NCBI GenBank assembly: GCA_045863395.1
Contig: BTVJ01000005.1
Coordinates: forward strand, 64,001 to 128,000
Reading direction: 5' to 3'
DNA length: 64,000 bases
Origin: Myxococcales bacterium
Lineage (GTDB): Bacteria > Myxococcota_A > UBA9042 > JABWCM01 > BTVJ01
Part shown: one piece after another, positions 21,791 to 44,336 of the stretch
Numbering within the stretch: position 1 is the first letter of the stretch
Layout: each line of letters opens with the position of its first letter
Translations under genes and position numbers: made by a program
The notes under the pieces: generated by a model
Database searches by the model: none
What the model was told of the DNA's origin: nothing
The model's input: the letters and a program-made list of their open reading frames with translations, nothing else

Positions 21791-23119
21791 CTACCCCTTA
21801 CGACCGCGCACCCGCGGGGCCTTTGCGCCTGCGAACCCCTCGTAGTTCCTTGTGATCAGGTGCGACTCGATCTGCTGCACAGTGTCGAGAGCCACACCAA
21901 CCACAATCAGCAGTCCCGTCCCCCCGAAGAAGAACGGAACTCCGAGCTCCGCCTGCAGAAACGTCGGCAGCACGCACACCGCACTGATGTACACCGCACC
22001 ACCAAACGTGATGCGCGTGAGAACCCTGTCGATGTGCTCCGCGGTCTTCTTTCCTGCACGAATGCCCGGGATGAATCCGCCGTACTTCTTCATGTTGTCG
22101 GCCACGTCCACAGGGTTGAACGTCACCGCGGTGTAGAAGTAACAGAAGAAGATGATCAGGGCGACGTAGATCACGTTGTAAAGCATGTTCCCCGGTATCA
22201 ACGTGTTCTGAATCCAGATCACGATTGACGAATCCGGCAGGATGTTGCCAAGGGTCGCCGGGAACAGCAGGATCGACGAGGCAAAGATCGGCGGGATCAC
22301 ACCGGCCGAGTTCACCTTCAGAGGAAGGAACGTGCTCTGCCCGCCGTACTGCCGGCGACCGACAACCTTCTTCGCGTACTGCACAGGGATCCGTCGCTGC
22401 CCTCGCTCAAAGAAGATGATGACCGCGATGACCGCGAGAATCACCACCCCGATTATCACCAGGGTCAGCGGAGGAAGCTCACCGCCACCAAACGTGGACA
22501 GCCTGAAGGTCTGGACCACGGCGTCCGGTAGCCCTGCGATGATGCCCGCAAAGATGATCAGCGAGATGCCGTTTCCGATCCCGCGCTCCGTGATCTGCTC
22601 ACCGAGCCACATCAGGAACACCGTGCCGGCCGTCAGGCTTATCACGGTGAGCACCTTGAACAGCAGCCCCCCTTCGACCACGACGCCCTGTGCAACCTGC
22701 GAGTTCAAGCTCTCCAGCCAGAACGCGATCCCCATACCCTGCACGAAGGACAGCAGCACAGTTCCGTATCGAGTGTACTGGTTGATCTTGCGCCGCCCCT
22801 GCTCTCCCTCCTTCTGGAGCTGCTCCAGGTGCGGAATCACCACACCCAGGAGCTGCAGGATGATGCTCGCGCTGATGTACGGCATGATGCCGAGCGCAAA
22901 CACCGAGAGCTGCTCCACGGCACCGCCGCTGAACATGTTGAAGAGCCCGAGGAATCCGCTCTGGCCGCTGCGGACGTAGTCGATCATCACGTCCCGGTTT
23001 ACCCCAGGGACGCTGACGAAAACTCCGATCCGGTAAACGGCGAGCATCGCAAGCGTATACAAGATCCGCTTGCGAAGCTCGGGAATCTTCCCGATGCCCT
23101 CGAAGCTGTTAGCCACCAA
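21791..23119 (-). CDS. secY: Preprotein translocase SecY
   Basis: [51 protein letters not shown]. Confidence 0.99.
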   Translation of the reverse strand: MVANSFEGIGKIPELRKRILYTLAMLAVYRIGVFVSVPGVNRDVMIDYVRSGQSGFLGLFNMFSGGAVEQLSVFALGIMPYISASIILQLLGVVIPHLEQLQKEGEQGRRKINQYTRYGTVLLSFVQGMGIAFWLESLNSQVAQGVVVEGGLLFKVLTVISLTAGTVFLMWLGEQITERGIGNGISLIIFAGIIAGLPDAVVQTFRLSTFGGGELPPLTLVIIGVVILAVIAVIIFFERGQRRIPVQYAKKVVGRRQYGGQSTFLPLKVNSAGVIPPIFASSILLFPATLGNILPDSSIVIWIQNTLIPGNMLYNVIYVALIIFFCYFYTAVTFNPVDVADNMKKYGGFIPGIRAGKKTAEHIDRVLTRITFGGAVYISAVCVLPTFLQAELGVPFFFGGTGLLIVVGVALDTVQQIESHLITRNYEGFAGAKAPRVRGRKG

Positions 23120-23552
23120 CCACCTCGATGTGTCCGCCCAGCTTCTCGATGGCCTCCCGTGCCGCCTGGCTGATCCGGTCGACCTTCACATTGAGCTTGC
23201 GGGTCAACTCACCCTTTGCGAGCACCTTGACGCCATCCCACTGTCCCTTGACGAGCCCCGCAGCCTCCAGCGCCTGGCGGTCCACGGTGGCCCCCTCGTC
23301 GAAGCGCTCCAGCTGCGCCAGGTTCACGATGGCATACTCCTTGCGGAAGATGTTCGTGAAGCCTCGCTTCGGGAGCCTGCGACGCAGGGGCATCTGGCCG
23401 CCCTCAAAGCCACGCTTGATCTGCCGGCGCGCTTTCTGACCCTTCTGGCCGCGGCCGCAGGTCTTGCCGAGGCCGGAACCAAGCCCGCGGCCCACGCGGA
23501 CCCCCTTCGTAACCGCGCCCTCGGGCGGCTTCAGCCTGCTCAGCTCGTTCAT
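23109..23552 (-). CDS. rplO: 50S ribosomal protein L15
   Basis: [21 protein letters not shown]. Confidence 0.99.
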   Translation of the reverse strand: MNELSRLKPPEGAVTKGVRVGRGLGSGLGKTCGRGQKGQKARRQIKRGFEGGQMPLRRRLPKRGFTNIFRKEYAIVNLAQLERFDEGATVDRQALEAAGLVKGQWDGVKVLAKGELTRKLNVKVDRISQAAREAIEKLGGHIEVVGG

Positions 23553-23598
23553 GTGCGTCTCCGTTCCGAGAGGAAACCTGGCCCGCGGGGGCCAGGAC

Positions 23599-23778
23599 CT
23601 ACTCCTCCACCGTGATGAGGTGGCCGATCTTCTTGATCAGCCCGCGGTTGGATGGCGTGTCCTCCACCTCGCGGGAATCCCTGATCTTTCTCAAGCCCAG
23701 AGCCAGCAGCGACTTCCGCTGGCTTTCGGGCCGGCCGATACTACTCTTCTGCTGGGTCACTTTCAAGCGCTTTGTCAT
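23599..23778 (-). CDS. rpmD: 50S ribosomal protein L30 (not in ORF track)
   Basis: Manual translation [59 protein letters not shown]. Confidence 0.97.
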   Translation of the reverse strand: MTKRLKVTQQKSSIGRPESQRKSLLALGLRKIRDSREVEDTPSNRGLIKKIGHLITVEE

Positions 23779-23810
23779 CGCCCGATGCTCCTTCGATCAG
23801 CCCTGGGCGC

Positions 23811-24332
23811 CTACCCGCGGAGGTGTTCCCCGGCCGCGGCCCGACGCGCCTGCGTCTGGTCGGGGCTGGAGAGCTGCTTCAACGCGTCGAATGTCGCGTG
23901 GATCACGTTGTGCGGGTTCCGCGTCCCGAGGCACTTCGTCAAGATGTTGCCCACTCCCGCGGACTCCACGACCGCGCGCACAGGCCCGCCGGCGATGACG
24001 CCGGTTCCCTGGCTGGCGGGCCGCAGGACCACTCGACCAGCACCAAAGTGCCCAAGCGCCTCGTGTGGGATCGTGTTGTTGATGATGGGCACCTGGATCA
24101 TGTTCTTCTTCGCGCGCTCGCCGCCCTTGCGGATCGCCTCGGGCACCTCGTTGGCCTTGCCCAGCCCGTAGCCAACGCGGCCATTCTGATCACCGACAAC
24201 GACCAGAGCCGAAAAGCTGAAACGACGCCCGCCCTTGACGACCTTCGCCACCCGGTTGATGTAGACGACGCGATCCACAAGATCGCTCGGCTCCTCTGTC
24301 CGGCCTCGCGGGGCTCTCCTGTCCTTCTCCAT
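23811..24332 (-). CDS. rpsE: 30S ribosomal protein S5
   Basis: [24 protein letters not shown]. Start MEKDRR. Confidence 0.99.
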   Translation of the reverse strand: MEKDRRAPRGRTEEPSDLVDRVVYINRVAKVVKGGRRFSFSALVVVGDQNGRVGYGLGKANEVPEAIRKGGERAKKNMIQVPIINNTIPHEALGHFGAGRVVLRPASQGTGVIAGGPVRAVVESAGVGNILTKCLGTRNPHNVIHATFDALKQLSSPDQTQARRAAAGEHLRG

Positions 24333-24351
24333 GTCCCGTGCTCCTGGTCCC

Positions 24352-24726
24352 TTAGAAGTCCAGCCCGGCCTCGCGTGCTGCGTCCGCAACAGCGGTCACG
24401 CGGCCCGTGTACAAGAAGCCATTGCGGTCGAACACCACCTTCGTGATGCTCTTGTCAAGGCACAGCTTCGCGGTGAGTTCCCCGACCTTCTTCGCGGCGC
24501 CCGTCTTATCCAGCTCGTCGAGACCATCGCGAAGCTGCGGCGACAGGGTCGACGCTGCCACCAGCGTGCAGCCGGTCTCGTCGTTGATGACCTGCGCGTA
24601 GATGTGCTTGTTGCTGCGAAACACGGAGAGGCGGGGCCGCTCCGCAGTCCCTCGGATGGTCGCTCGCAGCCGAACCTTTCGCCGGACCCGTGAGGCGACC
24701 CGCCCACTCTTCAACTTTGCCTTCAT
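24352..24726 (-). CDS. rplR: 50S ribosomal protein L18
   Basis: [28 protein letters not shown]. Confidence 0.99.
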   Translation of the reverse strand: MKAKLKSGRVASRVRRKVRLRATIRGTAERPRLSVFRSNKHIYAQVINDETGCTLVAASTLSPQLRDGLDELDKTGAAKKVGELTAKLCLDKSITKVVFDRNGFLYTGRVTAVADAAREAGLDF

Positions 24727-24788
24727 CACTCGCTCCTGTCGGCGCGCTTGCCGATTGCAGGCCAGACGTGGCTCGCCTGCGTCCCGCG

Positions 24789-25331
24789 TTACTTGCCGCC
24801 GGACTTGCCAACCTTGCGACGGATCGTCTCCTCGGCGTACTTCACACCCTTGCCCTTGTAGGGCTCTGGCGGTCGGAAGCCGCGGACCTTTGCTGCCGCC
24901 AGACCCAAGGTCTCCCGGTCCGATCCCTCAAGGGTGATCTTCGTCTGCTTCTCGACCGTGGCCTTGACCCCGTCAGGAAGCTCATAGCGGACGGGGTGGG
25001 AATACCCAAGGGTCATCACGAGCGTGCTCCCGGACACCTCGGCGCGGTAGCCCACGCCTGTGATCTCCAGGTCACGCTTGAAGCCCGTGGACACGCCCGT
25101 CACCATGTTCTGCAGCAGAGAACGAGCCAGGCCGTGGAGCGCCTTGCTCTGACGGTCGTCCTTCTCCGGTTCGATAACGATGTGCCCGTCCTTCAAGGAC
25201 AGGACCACCCCAACGAAGCTCCGCTCCTGCGCTCCACGCGGCCCCTCCACCCGCGCGGTGGATCCGCTCACGTGGACCGTCACCTTGGGCGGAATCGCGA
25301 CGGGCTTCTTTCCAATTCTCGAAAGAGCCAC
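24789..25331 (-). CDS. rplF: 50S ribosomal protein L6
   Basis: [21 protein letters not shown]. Confidence 0.99.
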   Translation of the reverse strand: MALSRIGKKPVAIPPKVTVHVSGSTARVEGPRGAQERSFVGVVLSLKDGHIVIEPEKDDRQSKALHGLARSLLQNMVTGVSTGFKRDLEITGVGYRAEVSGSTLVMTLGYSHPVRYELPDGVKATVEKQTKITLEGSDRETLGLAAAKVRGFRPPEPYKGKGVKYAEETIRRKVGKSGGK

Positions 25332-25340
25332 GATAGCCTC

Positions 25341-25739
25341 CTACCAGATTGAGCAGATGTACTCGCCGCCGATCCCTCGGCGCCGAGCCTCCGCGTCCGT
25401 CACGAGCCCAGATGACGTGGAGATGATCCCCATCCCAAGGCCGTTGAGCACCTTGGGGATCTCCTTGCCCTTCACATAGCGACGCTGTCCCGGCCTGCTC
25501 TCGCGCTGGAGAGCCAGAATCGCGTTCTCCTTCGGAGAGATCCACTTCAGATCGATGTGGATGAGTCCCTGCTTCCGGTCATCCAGGAGTTGGAAGTCCC
25601 TGATGAACCCCTGATCCTTCAGGATCTCGGTAATGCGGGTCTTCAGCTTCGAGGTCGGGACCTCCACCGACTCATGGTGCGCCATGATGGCGTTCCGAAT
25701 CCGGGTAAGGTAGTCCGCGATCGGGTCGGTCATGCTCAT
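25341..25739 (-). CDS. rpsH: 30S ribosomal protein S8
   Basis: DPIADYLTRIRN, SRPGQRRY, GGEYIC. Confidence 0.99.
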   Translation of the reverse strand: MSMTDPIADYLTRIRNAIMAHHESVEVPTSKLKTRITEILKDQGFIRDFQLLDDRKQGLIHIDLKWISPKENAILALQRESRPGQRRYVKGKEIPKVLNGLGMGIISTSSGLVTDAEARRRGIGGEYICSIW

Positions 25740-25795
25740 CGATTCACCTCACGAACGGCCGGGCGGTTCACGCACTTGCGCGCCTGCCCACCGTG

Positions 25796-25987
25796 CTACC
25801 AGCTCGACTTGATCACACCAGCGAGGTCGCCCCGCAGCGCCAGCATGCGCATACAGATGCGGCACAGGCTGAACTTCCGCAAGAACCCGCGCGGCCGCCC
25901 GCAGTGCTTGCAGCGGTTTCGTACCCGCACCTTGAAGCGGTACCGTTCCGGGTGGCTCGCCCTCTCCAACTGTGCTTTCCTGGCCAA
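25796..25987 (-). CDS. rpsZ: 30S ribosomal protein S14, zinc-binding type Z
   Basis: RCKHCGRPR...CRIC, KSSW. TTG start. Confidence 0.97.
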   Translation of the reverse strand: MARKAQLERASHPERYRFKVRVRNRCKHCGRPRGFLRKFSLCRICMRMLALRGDLAGVIKSSW

Positions 25988-26050
25988 GGTCGTTCTCCTC
26001 TCGAATCCCTTCGGATCCCACGATGTACGGGTAGCGAGTGTCCCCTGCGG

Positions 26051-26593
26051 CTACCGCCTGAACGGCATGCCAAGCTGCTTCAGGAGCGCCCGGCACTCGT
26101 CGTCCGTCCGAGCCGTCGTCACGATCGTCACATTCAGGCCCCGGATCCGCTCGATCTTGTCGTAGTCGATCTCCGGAAAGATGATCTGCTCGCGAACCCC
26201 CAGGGAGTAGTTGCCGCGTCCGTCGAACGCCTTCGGGCTCGTGCCCTTGAAGTCGCGGATTCGCGGGATGGCGACCCCAAGAAGCCGGTCAAGGAACTCC
26301 CACATCCGGTCCCGCCGAAGCGTGACCATCGCGCCGATGTTCATGCCCTGACGAAGCTTGAAGGTCGCGATGGACTTGCGCGCCTTGGTCACGACGGCCT
26401 TCTGGCCGCTGATGGTGGTCAGCTCCTCGACGGCCTGCTCGATGGCCTTCGGGTTCTGAATTGCCTCTCCGAGCCCCATGTTCAGGGTGACCTTGGTGAT
26501 GCGAGGGACCTCCATCACGTTCGTATACCCGAACTCCTTCATGAGCTGCGGGGCGATCTGCTCCTGATACAGACTCTTCAATCGCGGCGCCAT
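26051..26593 (-). CDS. rplE: 50S ribosomal protein L5
   Basis: [30 protein letters not shown]. Start MAPRLK. Confidence 0.99.
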   Translation of the reverse strand: MAPRLKSLYQEQIAPQLMKEFGYTNVMEVPRITKVTLNMGLGEAIQNPKAIEQAVEELTTISGQKAVVTKARKSIATFKLRQGMNIGAMVTLRRDRMWEFLDRLLGVAIPRIRDFKGTSPKAFDGRGNYSLGVREQIIFPEIDYDKIERIRGLNVTIVTTARTDDECRALLKQLGMPFRR

Positions 26594-26653
26594 TGTCAGT
26601 GCTCCTCTGCGCGTTCGGACGTCGGCTGGTGCGACTGTCCCGCGCACCTGCTG

Positions 26654-26980
26654 CTATTCGATGGTCTCGCCGCTCTTGGCGTCGTACCGGACCTTGCGCT
26701 TCGAACCGTCCTCGGCCTCGATGAACTTGCGCTTCACCTTGAGAGGCTGGTCGGTGGTCGGGCTCACGAGCATCACGTTCGAGGCGTTGATCGGTGCCTC
26801 CTTGTCGATGATGCCTCCCTGCGGGTGCTTCTGGGTCGGCTTCTGGTGGCGCTTGACCACGTTGACCTTCTCCACCAGCACCCGGGTCCCGCCCTCCACG
26901 ACACGCAGGACCTTGCCCCGCTTGCCCTTGTTCTTTCCGGCGATCACCAGCACGGTGTCGTTCTTCTTGATTCTGGCCAT
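26654..26980 (-). CDS. rplX: 50S ribosomal protein L24
   Basis: KOW motif [20 protein letters not shown]. Confidence 0.99.
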   Translation of the reverse strand: MARIKKNDTVLVIAGKNKGKRGKVLRVVEGGTRVLVEKVNVVKRHQKPTQKHPQGGIIDKEAPINASNVMLVSPTTDQPLKVKRKFIEAEDGSKRKVRYDAKSGETIE

Positions 26981-27037
26981 TGTTCGTCTCACTCTTCCGA
27001 AGGGGTCGGGGTCACAGTACCTGACCGCACGCGGGCC

Positions 27038-27406
27038 CTATAGTACCTCGGGAGCCAGCGAGATGATCTTCATGAATCGCTGCGCGCGAAGCTCTCGTGC
27101 CACCGGCCCGAAGATGCGCGTGCCGATTGGCTCGCGCGCCTGGTTGATCAGCACCGCCGCGTTCCCGTCGAACTTGATGTAGCTCCCATCCGCCCTCCGG
27201 ACCTCCTTGGCGGTCCGAACGATGACGGCCTTCACCACATCGCCCTTCTTGACCTTGCTCTTTGGAATCGCTTCCTTCACCGAGACGACGATGACGTCGC
27301 CCAGGGACGCGTACTTCCGCTTCGAGCCGCCCAGCACCTTGATGCACTGCAGCTTCTTGGCTCCCGAGTTGTCAGCAGCACTCAGGAATGTCTGCATCTG
27401 AATCAT
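27038..27406 (-). CDS. rplN: 50S ribosomal protein L14
   Basis: [19 protein letters not shown]. Confidence 0.99.
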   Translation of the reverse strand: MIQMQTFLSAADNSGAKKLQCIKVLGGSKRKYASLGDVIVVSVKEAIPKSKVKKGDVVKAVIVRTAKEVRRADGSYIKFDGNAAVLINQAREPIGTRIFGPVARELRAQRFMKIISLAPEVL

Positions 27407-27448
27407 GCTGCACCTGCCTTCCCTGTTGCCAGCCCGAAGCGGGGCGGC

Positions 27449-27478
27449 ACACTAGTCGTATTCTCCATCCTGCGTCAA
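27449..27478 (-). promoter_or_regulatory. Internal spc-operon promoter upstream of rplN
   Basis: TTGACG-18 nt-TAGTGT in the rpsQ-rplN spacer. Confidence 0.6.
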
Positions 27479-27566
27479 GTGCCTCTGGGCCACTCTTGCG
27501 GGAGGGCTCGAAAATTCAGGTGGTTCGGTCCTATGCTCCCAGAAGGGAACGGGCCGGGCCACGGCC

Positions 27567-27830
27567 TCAGATGCGGGCGGGACGCTCGATCAACCGCGAC
27601 ACCCTCCAGTGCTTGTCCTTCGACAAGGGGCGTGTCTCTTCGATCAGGACGACATCACCGAGCTGGTACTGGTTCGTCTCATCGTGCGCCTTGTAGCGCT
27701 TGCGACGTCGGACGAACTTCTTGTAGACGGGGTGCTGCACCAGCGACGAGACCTCGACGACCACCGTCTTGTCCATCTTGTCGCTGACGATCTTGCCCGA
27801 CAGGCTCTTGCGGGTCCCGCGCTCGCTCAT
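27567..27830 (-). CDS. rpsQ: 30S ribosomal protein S17
   Basis: SDKMDKT, ETRPLSK. Confidence 0.99.
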   Translation of the reverse strand: MSERGTRKSLSGKIVSDKMDKTVVVEVSSLVQHPVYKKFVRRRKRYKAHDETNQYQLGDVVLIEETRPLSKDKHWRVSRLIERPARI

Positions 27831-28039
27831 GCCTTCTCTCCGCGAATGGCGGCGAGCTCGCGCTCTCGCCGAACCGTCTTCATCTGGGCCAGGTTTCGGC
27901 GAGTTGCGCCGAGCTGCGCCGTGTTCGAGAGCTGCCCTGTCTTGTGCTGGAAGCGCAGACGGAACAGGTCCGCGGCCGAATTCTCCAGCGCCGCGGACAG
28001 CTCTTCATCATTCAGGGATCGGATCTCGTCGAGTTTCAT
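27827..28039 (-). CDS. rpmC: 50S ribosomal protein L29
   Basis: LFRLRFQ..TGQL, plus position in operon. Confidence 0.97.
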   Translation of the reverse strand: MKLDEIRSLNDEELSAALENSAADLFRLRFQHKTGQLSNTAQLGATRRNLAQMKTVRRERELAAIRGEKA

Positions 28040-28455
28040 GCCACGATCTCGCCTTTCTTGATGACCTTCGCCCTGATGGGCAGCTTCTGCGCGGCCAGCG
28101 CGAAGGCCTCCTCGGCCACGTCGGCAGCGACGCCGTCCATCTCATAGAGCATCCGGCCGGGCTTCACGACGCACACCCACTCTTCCGGCGAACCCTTGCC
28201 CTTACCCATTCGGGTCTCGGCGGGCTTCTTCGTGATAGGCTTGTCCGGGAAGATCCGAATCCAGACCTTTCCCTCGCGCTTGATGAAGCGGGTCATCGCG
28301 ATACGAGCCGCCTCGATCTGGCGCGACGTGAGCCAGCCGCACTCCAGGGCCATCAGCCCGAACTGGCCAAACGAGACCTCATTGCCGGTGTAGGCAAAGC
28401 CGGTCATCCGACCCTTCATCTGCTTCCGGTGCTTCATCTTCTTCGGTGCCAGCAT
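28036..28455 (-). CDS. rplP: 50S ribosomal protein L16
   Basis: [19 protein letters not shown]. Confidence 0.99.
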   Translation of the reverse strand: MLAPKKMKHRKQMKGRMTGFAYTGNEVSFGQFGLMALECGWLTSRQIEAARIAMTRFIKREGKVWIRIFPDKPITKKPAETRMGKGKGSPEEWVCVVKPGRMLYEMDGVAADVAEEAFALAAQKLPIRAKVIKKGEIVA

Positions 28456-28535
28456 CTCTTCCTCGCTCGGGGCTCACGGCGCCCGTCGTCTCATTGGGAG
28501 CGCACCTCAGCTCGGTGCACTGCCGGTCGCGGCCT

Positions 28536-29159
28536 CTACAGGATCTCGCCCTTGTAGATCCAGCACTTCACCCCAATGATCCCATAGGTTGTCTTGGCCT
28601 CTGCGAAGCCGTACTGGATGTCGGCACGCAGCGTGTGGAGCGGAACCCGCCCCTCGCGGTACCACTCGTAGCGGGACATCTCAGCTCCGCCGAGGCGGCC
28701 GGAGCACGCGATGCGCGTTCCCTTCGCACCGAACTTCATCGCCGTCTGCATGGCCTTCTTCATGGCTCGCCGAAACGACACGCGGCGCTCGAGCTGGGTG
28801 GCAACGCTCTCCGCCACGAGCTGGGCGTCCGTCTCTGCCTTGCGAACCTCGTGAATGTTCAGGATGACGTCGCTGCTCGTCAGCTTCTCGACATCCTTCT
28901 TGAGACCCTCGGCCCCGGTCCCTTTCTTGCCGATCACGATGCCGGGACGCGCCGTGTGCACGTTGATCTTGACCTTGTTGGTCGCCCGCTCGATGTCGAT
29001 CGAGGAGATGCCCGCGTGGTAGAGCTTCTCCTTGATGTACTTCTTGAGCTTCAGATCCTCGTGAAGCCACTGGGCGTAGTTCTTCTCCTCGTACCAGCGG
29101 GAGTTCCACGTCTTGATGACGCCCAGCCGAAACCCGGTCGGATGTACTTTCTGGCCCAC
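28536..29159 (-). CDS. rpsC: 30S ribosomal protein S3
   Basis: [24 protein letters not shown]. Confidence 0.99.
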   Translation of the reverse strand: MGQKVHPTGFRLGVIKTWNSRWYEEKNYAQWLHEDLKLKKYIKEKLYHAGISSIDIERATNKVKINVHTARPGIVIGKKGTGAEGLKKDVEKLTSSDVILNIHEVRKAETDAQLVAESVATQLERRVSFRRAMKKAMQTAMKFGAKGTRIACSGRLGGAEMSRYEWYREGRVPLHTLRADIQYGFAEAKTTYGIIGVKCWIYKGEIL

Positions 29160-29203
29160 AGTCGCCTCTCCTGCGTTCGCGCCACTCCCGAAGTTGCCGG
29201 GGG

Positions 29204-29539
29204 CTAGCCGCGCTCCTTGACCACAACGGTAATGTGGCTCGTCCGCTTCTCTACTCTGGTGGCGCGCCCCATGGCGCGCGGGAGGTATCGCTTCAGGGTT
29301 GGCCCCTCATTGACGAAGGCCTCGGAGACGTACAGCTTCGCGACCTGCGCGTTGAACTGCTCCTTGGCGTTCGAGATGGCGGAGCCGAGCAGCTTCGCAA
29401 CGGGGTCGGTCGCCCGGCGATTTGTGAACCGCAGGGCCTCCAGAGCCTCGTCGACGTACTTGTCCCGGATCATGTTGATGATGACCCGCGTCTTTCGGGG
29501 CGTCATCCGCACGTGACGCGCAGTTGCCTTCGCTTCCAT
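29204..29539 (-). CDS. rplV: 50S ribosomal protein L22
   Basis: [21 protein letters not shown]. Confidence 0.99.
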   Translation of the reverse strand: MEAKATARHVRMTPRKTRVIINMIRDKYVDEALEALRFTNRRATDPVAKLLGSAISNAKEQFNAQVAKLYVSEAFVNEGPTLKRYLPRAMGRATRVEKRTSHITVVVKERG

Positions 29540-29560
29540 GACTCGCTCCTTGCGGGCGCC

Positions 29561-29854
29561 CTACTTCTTGCCCTTGCCGGCAGCCTTCGCCTTCTTGTCC
29601 CCGGCGTGTCCGTGGAACGTGCGCGTCGGCGCAAACTCGCCAAGCTTATGACCCACCATGTTCTCATCCACGAACACTGGGACGAACTTCTTCCCATTGT
29701 GGATGGCGAACGTGAGGCCAACCATCTGCGGTATCACCGTCGAACGACGTGACCACGTCTTGATGACCTTCTTGGAGCCCGCTCGGACTGCGGCGTCGAC
29801 CTTCTCGAACAGATGGCCGTCGATGAACGGCCCTTTCTTGATTGAACGTGGCAC
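29561..29854 (-). CDS. rpsS: 30S ribosomal protein S19
   Basis: [19 protein letters not shown]. Confidence 0.99.
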   Translation of the reverse strand: MPRSIKKGPFIDGHLFEKVDAAVRAGSKKVIKTWSRRSTVIPQMVGLTFAIHNGKKFVPVFVDENMVGHKLGEFAPTRTFHGHAGDKKAKAAGKGKK

Positions 29855-29894
29855 GGTGCTCTCCTCCGGGTCCGCGCTGCGGCGGGTTGCCCCT

Positions 29895-30725
29895 CTAGCG
29901 GCCCTTTCCGCGGCGCTTCACGATGAACGTATCGGTACGCTTGTTGTGTCGAGTCTTCGACCCCTTGGTCGGCCGCCCCCATGGAGTCACCGGGTGACGT
30001 CCACCCGAGGTGCGCCCCTCGCCGCCGCCGTGGGGGTGGTCCACCGGATTCATCGCGACGCCTCGCACATGGGGTCGGAATCCCAGCCAGCGAGTCCGGC
30101 CTGCCTTGCCCGAGCGCACGTTCTCGTGGATCGCGTTGCCCACCTCACCGACCGTTGCGCGACACTCGGCCAGCACGTTGCGAAGCTCGTTGGAGGGCAG
30201 TCGGACGAGCGCGTACTTGCCCTCCTTGGCCATGAGCTGCGCGGACGTGCCCGCCGAGCGGACCAGCGCTCCCCCCTTGCCGGGCTTCAGCTCGATGTTG
30301 TGGAGCTGGGTGCCCACGGGGATTGCGCGCAGGGGCAATGAGTTGCCCGGCTTGATGTCGGCCTTCGCGCTGCTGATCACGGTCTCGCCCACCACCAGGT
30401 TGTTGGGCGCGAGGATGTACCTCTTCTCCCCGTCCAGGTAGTGGAGAAGCGCGATCCGCGCCGATCGGTTCGGATCGTACTCGATGGCGGCGACCGTCGC
30501 GGGGACGCCGTACTTGTCCCGCTTGAAGTCGATGACGCGGTACCGTCGCTTGTGACCGCCTCCCCGGAAGCGCACCGTGATGCGACCGTAGGCGTTTCGT
30601 CCTCCGGACTTGGAGAGCGGCTCGATCAGCCGCCGCTCCGGCGTCGACTTCGTGATCTCCGCAAAGTCGCTCGACGTCATCAGGCGCCGGCCGGGGCTCG
30701 TCGGGTTGTATCGCTTGATTCCCAT
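29895..30725 (-). CDS. rplB: 50S ribosomal protein L2
   Basis: [21 protein letters not shown]. Confidence 0.99.
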   Translation of the reverse strand: MGIKRYNPTSPGRRLMTSSDFAEITKSTPERRLIEPLSKSGGRNAYGRITVRFRGGGHKRRYRVIDFKRDKYGVPATVAAIEYDPNRSARIALLHYLDGEKRYILAPNNLVVGETVISSAKADIKPGNSLPLRAIPVGTQLHNIELKPGKGGALVRSAGTSAQLMAKEGKYALVRLPSNELRNVLAECRATVGEVGNAIHENVRSGKAGRTRWLGFRPHVRGVAMNPVDHPHGGGEGRTSGGRHPVTPWGRPTKGSKTRHNKRTDTFIVKRRGKGR

Positions 30726-30728
30726 CGT

Positions 30729-31025
30729 CTACATCCCTTCGAAGAAGTCGATGGCGTGTCCCTCCTTGAGGGTCACGAAAGCCTTCTTCCAGTTCGGGCG
30801 TCGACCGATGAACCGGCCGACCCGCTTGTTCTTGCCCCGAACGATGCTGGTCCTCACCTCGGAAACCTTCACGTTGAACAAGCTCTCGATCGCCTGCCGG
30901 ACCTGGATCTTGTTGGCGTCCGTGGAGACCTCGAACACGTACTCGTTGTTGGCGTCCTTGAGGTCGTTGGCCTTCTCCGTGATGTGCGGGCGGCGCAGGA
31001 CCTTGTAGAGCTCGTCCTTCGTCAT
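30729..31025 (-). CDS. rplW: 50S ribosomal protein L23
   Basis: [13 protein letters not shown]. Confidence 0.99.
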   Translation of the reverse strand: MTKDELYKVLRRPHITEKANDLKDANNEYVFEVSTDANKIQVRQAIESLFNVKVSEVRTSIVRGKNKRVGRFIGRRPNWKKAFVTLKEGHAIDFFEGM

Positions 31026-31645
31026 GGCTTCAGCGCTCCTTCGATCGCGCGAATCGAGTCCTGGCTGAGGACGATCGCGTCGAACCGCAAGACGTCATAG
31101 ACGTTGAGCCCCTCAGGTGCGAGGAACTTCACGTCCCTCAGGTTCCGTGCGCTCAGCTTCAGGTTCCTGTTCGTACCGCCATCCACCACCAGGGTCTTGG
31201 TCAGGTCGAACCCGCTCAGGACCTTCACGAGCGCCTTCGTCTTGATCTCGGGCAGCTCAAAGCGATCCACCACGACGAGCCTGCGCTCCACGAGCCGCCC
31301 GGTCAGCGCAGAGCGAAGCGCCGCTTTGCGCACCTTCTTCGGTACCGTGTAGGAGAAGTCGCGCGGCTTCGGCCCGAGAATCGTGCCTCCACCCTTGAGC
31401 GTCGGGGCCCGACGAGATCCGCGCCTGGCGCGACCCGTCCCCTTCTGCTTGAAGAGCTTGCGCGTCGAGAACTTCACCTCGGAGCGGGTCTTGGTGTTCG
31501 CCGTCCCGGAGCGGCGGTTCGCAAGCTGCATGCGAACCACTTCCCAGTAAAGGTGCTCCTTGACCGGCGCCGCGAACACGGCGTCGTCCAGCACCATCTC
31601 GCCTACCTTCTGTCGGGCGAGGTTGTATACGTCGATCTGCGGCAT
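31022..31645 (-). CDS. rplD: 50S ribosomal protein L4
   Basis: [25 protein letters not shown] before ATG 31645. Confidence 0.99.
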   Translation of the reverse strand: MPQIDVYNLARQKVGEMVLDDAVFAAPVKEHLYWEVVRMQLANRRSGTANTKTRSEVKFSTRKLFKQKGTGRARRGSRRAPTLKGGGTILGPKPRDFSYTVPKKVRKAALRSALTGRLVERRLVVVDRFELPEIKTKALVKVLSGFDLTKTLVVDGGTNRNLKLSARNLRDVKFLAPEGLNVYDVLRFDAIVLSQDSIRAIEGALKP

Positions 31646-31658
31646 CGGAGTCCTCCTC

Positions 31659-31964
31659 TCAGGCCTTGATCTCGACGTCCACACCGGCCGAGAGATCGAG
31701 CTTCATGAGGGCATCCACGGTCTGCTGCGTGGGCTCCACGATGTCGATCAAGCGCTTGTGCGTCCGGATCTCGAACTGCTCGCGGCTCTTCTTGTTCACG
31801 TGTGGTGAACGAAGGACCGTGTACTTGTTGATCTTCGTGGGGAGCGGAATCGGTCCGGCGATCCGAGCTCCGGAGCGCCGCACGGTGTCCACGATCTCGC
31901 CCACAGACTGGTCCAGCAGTTTGTAGTCGTATGCCTTCAGTCGAATCCGGATCTTCTGCGCCAT
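31659..31964 (-). CDS. rpsJ: 30S ribosomal protein S10
   Basis: [23 protein letters not shown]. Confidence 0.99.
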   Translation of the reverse strand: MAQKIRIRLKAYDYKLLDQSVGEIVDTVRRSGARIAGPIPLPTKINKYTVLRSPHVNKKSREQFEIRTHKRLIDIVEPTQQTVDALMKLDLSAGVDVEIKA

Positions 31965-32045
31965 CGCTCCAAACTCCTCCGCTCTCACTCGCCGGGCCTG
32001 GTAGCGGACGTCGAGAGAGCCATCGTGCCTTACGTCAGCAGTCTC

Positions 32046-34145
<2,100 letters not shown>

Positions 34146-34168
34146 TGAGCTTCAGGTCCCTTGACGTC

Positions 34169-34639
34169 CTACCACACGTAGTGCGCAAAGGCCTTGTTGG
34201 CCTCCGCCATGCGGTGGGTGTCATCCTTCTTCTTGACCGAATTGCCGCGCATGTTGGCCGCCTCGATCAGCTCCGCGGCGAGCTTCTCGCGCATGGACTT
34301 CTCGCCGCGGTTGCGCGAATAACCGATGATCCAGCGGATGGCCAGCGCGATCTTTCGCTCTGGTCGCACCTCGACGGGCACCTGATAGGTGGAACCACCA
34401 ACGCGGCGGCTCTTGACCTCCAGGGAAGGCTTCACATTCTCGATCGCGCGCTTGAAGACCTTGAGCGGGTCGTCGTTGATGCGCGACTCGATGATGTCAA
34501 ATGCACCGTAGATCACGCTCTCGGCGACGGCCTTCTTTCCCTTGAACATCAGGCCGTTCGTGAACTTCGCTACGAGCCAGTCGCTGTACTTCGGATCCTT
34601 GAGGATCCTCCGCTTCGGAACTTCGTGTCTTCTCGGCAT
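34169..34639 (-). CDS. rpsG: 30S ribosomal protein S7
   Basis: [22 protein letters not shown]. Confidence 0.99.
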   Translation of the reverse strand: MPRRHEVPKRRILKDPKYSDWLVAKFTNGLMFKGKKAVAESVIYGAFDIIESRINDDPLKVFKRAIENVKPSLEVKSRRVGGSTYQVPVEVRPERKIALAIRWIIGYSRNRGEKSMREKLAAELIEAANMRGNSVKKKDDTHRMAEANKAFAHYVW

Positions 34640-34710
34640 CTTCTCGCCTCATGCCGGCGTCTCTTCGAGCGCCGTACCGGTTCGTTCGCCCCTCGCCGAC
34701 GGGCTGGGAG

Positions 34711-35082
34711 CTACTTGCCCTTCTTCGTGCCGTACTTGGAGCGCCCGCGCTTGCGGCCCGCCACGCCCACCGAGTCCAGTGTCCCACGGATGATGTGGTA
34801 CCGGACGCCCGGGAGGTCCTTGACGCGCCCCCCGCGGATGAGCACCAGTGAGTGCTCCTGGAGGTTGTGTCCCTCACCGGGAATGTAAGAGGTCACCTCT
34901 ACGCCGGTCGTGAGGCGGACACGCGCGATCTTGCGAAGAGCCGAGTTTGGCTTCTTCGGGGTCGTCGTATAGACGCGCACGCACACGCCGCGCTTCTGGG
35001 GACACTCGTCCAGGGCCGGCGCCGTGCTCTTTCTGCGAGCCTTGGCGCGCCCCATGCGAACAAGCTGATTGATGGTCGGCAT
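34711..35082 (-). CDS. rpsL: 30S ribosomal protein S12
   Basis: [28 protein letters not shown]. Confidence 0.99.
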   Translation of the reverse strand: MPTINQLVRMGRAKARRKSTAPALDECPQKRGVCVRVYTTTPKKPNSALRKIARVRLTTGVEVTSYIPGEGHNLQEHSLVLIRGGRVKDLPGVRYHIIRGTLDSVGVAGRKRGRSKYGTKKGK

Positions 35083-35173
35083 GCGCCTTCTCTCCCTCGA
35101 TTGGGGGCCACCGTTGATGAACCTTCGAACTTCCGCCGCGCTCCAAGCGAAGCTCCGGCCGCGCGGGAGCGGA

Positions 35174-35203
35174 ACATTACTGACCCCGCACGCACGGTGT
35201 CAA
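35174..35203 (-). promoter_or_regulatory. str-operon promoter
   Basis: TTGACA-18 nt-TAATGT upstream of rpsL. Confidence 0.7.
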
Positions 35204-35418
35204 GCAGATTCGGTCGTCATCGCTCGCGCGACGAGTGTGGTCGTGATGTCGGGTTGTTCGTGGAGAGCGTTGGCTGCGGTCACGCGCAATCGGCAGGATG
35301 ATCCACCGCGTGGCCGACCCCCGTATCCTCGTGAGACTCGCCCCTTGGGCGAAGTCTCATGCTCTCTCGCCGTCCCTGTCGCTCAGGGTCGGCGTCGAGC
35401 CGGGACGCGGGGCCCGCC

Positions 35419-39516
<4,098 letters not shown>

Positions 39517-39584
39517 AGCCTCGGCTCCTTGCACTGGTTTGGGTGGGTCTGCTCGACGGTCCCGATACCTGGCGCGTCGCGCCC

Positions 39585-43733
<4,149 letters not shown>

Positions 43734-43844
43734 CCGTGTGCTCCTCGCGCGTGTTCGGTCCGTTCCGCCCCCCCGGCTCGTCTCTCTTCGACCAGCGCTC
43801 GCGGCGCCGGCAACCGCCGGCGCCGCAAGCTCGTGCCAGCCGAA

Positions 43845-44228
43845 CTACTTCACCGTGACGGTCGCTCCGACGGCCTCGATCTGCGCCTTGATCTTGGCCG
43901 CCTCGTCCTTGGACACGGCCTCCTTCACGGGCTTCGGTGCGCCGTCGACCAGGTCCTTGGCCTCCTTGAGGCCAAGGCCGGTGATCGCGCGGACCTCCTT
44001 GATGACCTGGATCTTGTTGGCGCCCGCCGCCTGGAGGATCACGTCGAACTCGGTCTGCTCCTCGACGACTGCGGCAGCGACCGGGCCAGCGGCAACTGCG
44101 GCCACGGCGACGCCGGCCGAAGCCTTCACGCCCCACGCCTCCTCCAACTCCTTGGTGAGCTCGGAGAGCTCGAGGACGGTCATCTTGCTCAGCGCTTCCT
44201 TGATCTGCTCGCGAGTGATCTCTGCCAT
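43845..44228 (-). CDS. rplL: 50S ribosomal protein L7/L12
   Basis: [19 protein letters not shown]. Confidence 0.99.
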   Translation of the reverse strand: MAEITREQIKEALSKMTVLELSELTKELEEAWGVKASAGVAVAAVAAGPVAAAVVEEQTEFDVILQAAGANKIQVIKEVRAITGLGLKEAKDLVDGAPKPVKEAVSKDEAAKIKAQIEAVGATVTVK

Positions 44229-44336
44229 GGTGCATTGCTCCTTGATGGTTGGCGCCCCACGCTCTTCGCTTTCCGAGCGGGGGACGAGTCAGCTCGAACT
44301 CATGGGCGGCGCGGGTCCCTCGACCCGCCCGCCGCG

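Noticed and set aside
35083..35418. Long rpoC-rpsL spacer with hairpin TGAGACTCGCCC/GGGCGAAGTCTCA
   Set aside because: Adequately explained by a transcript-end hairpin plus the str promoter. No additional multi-stem architecture was noticed.
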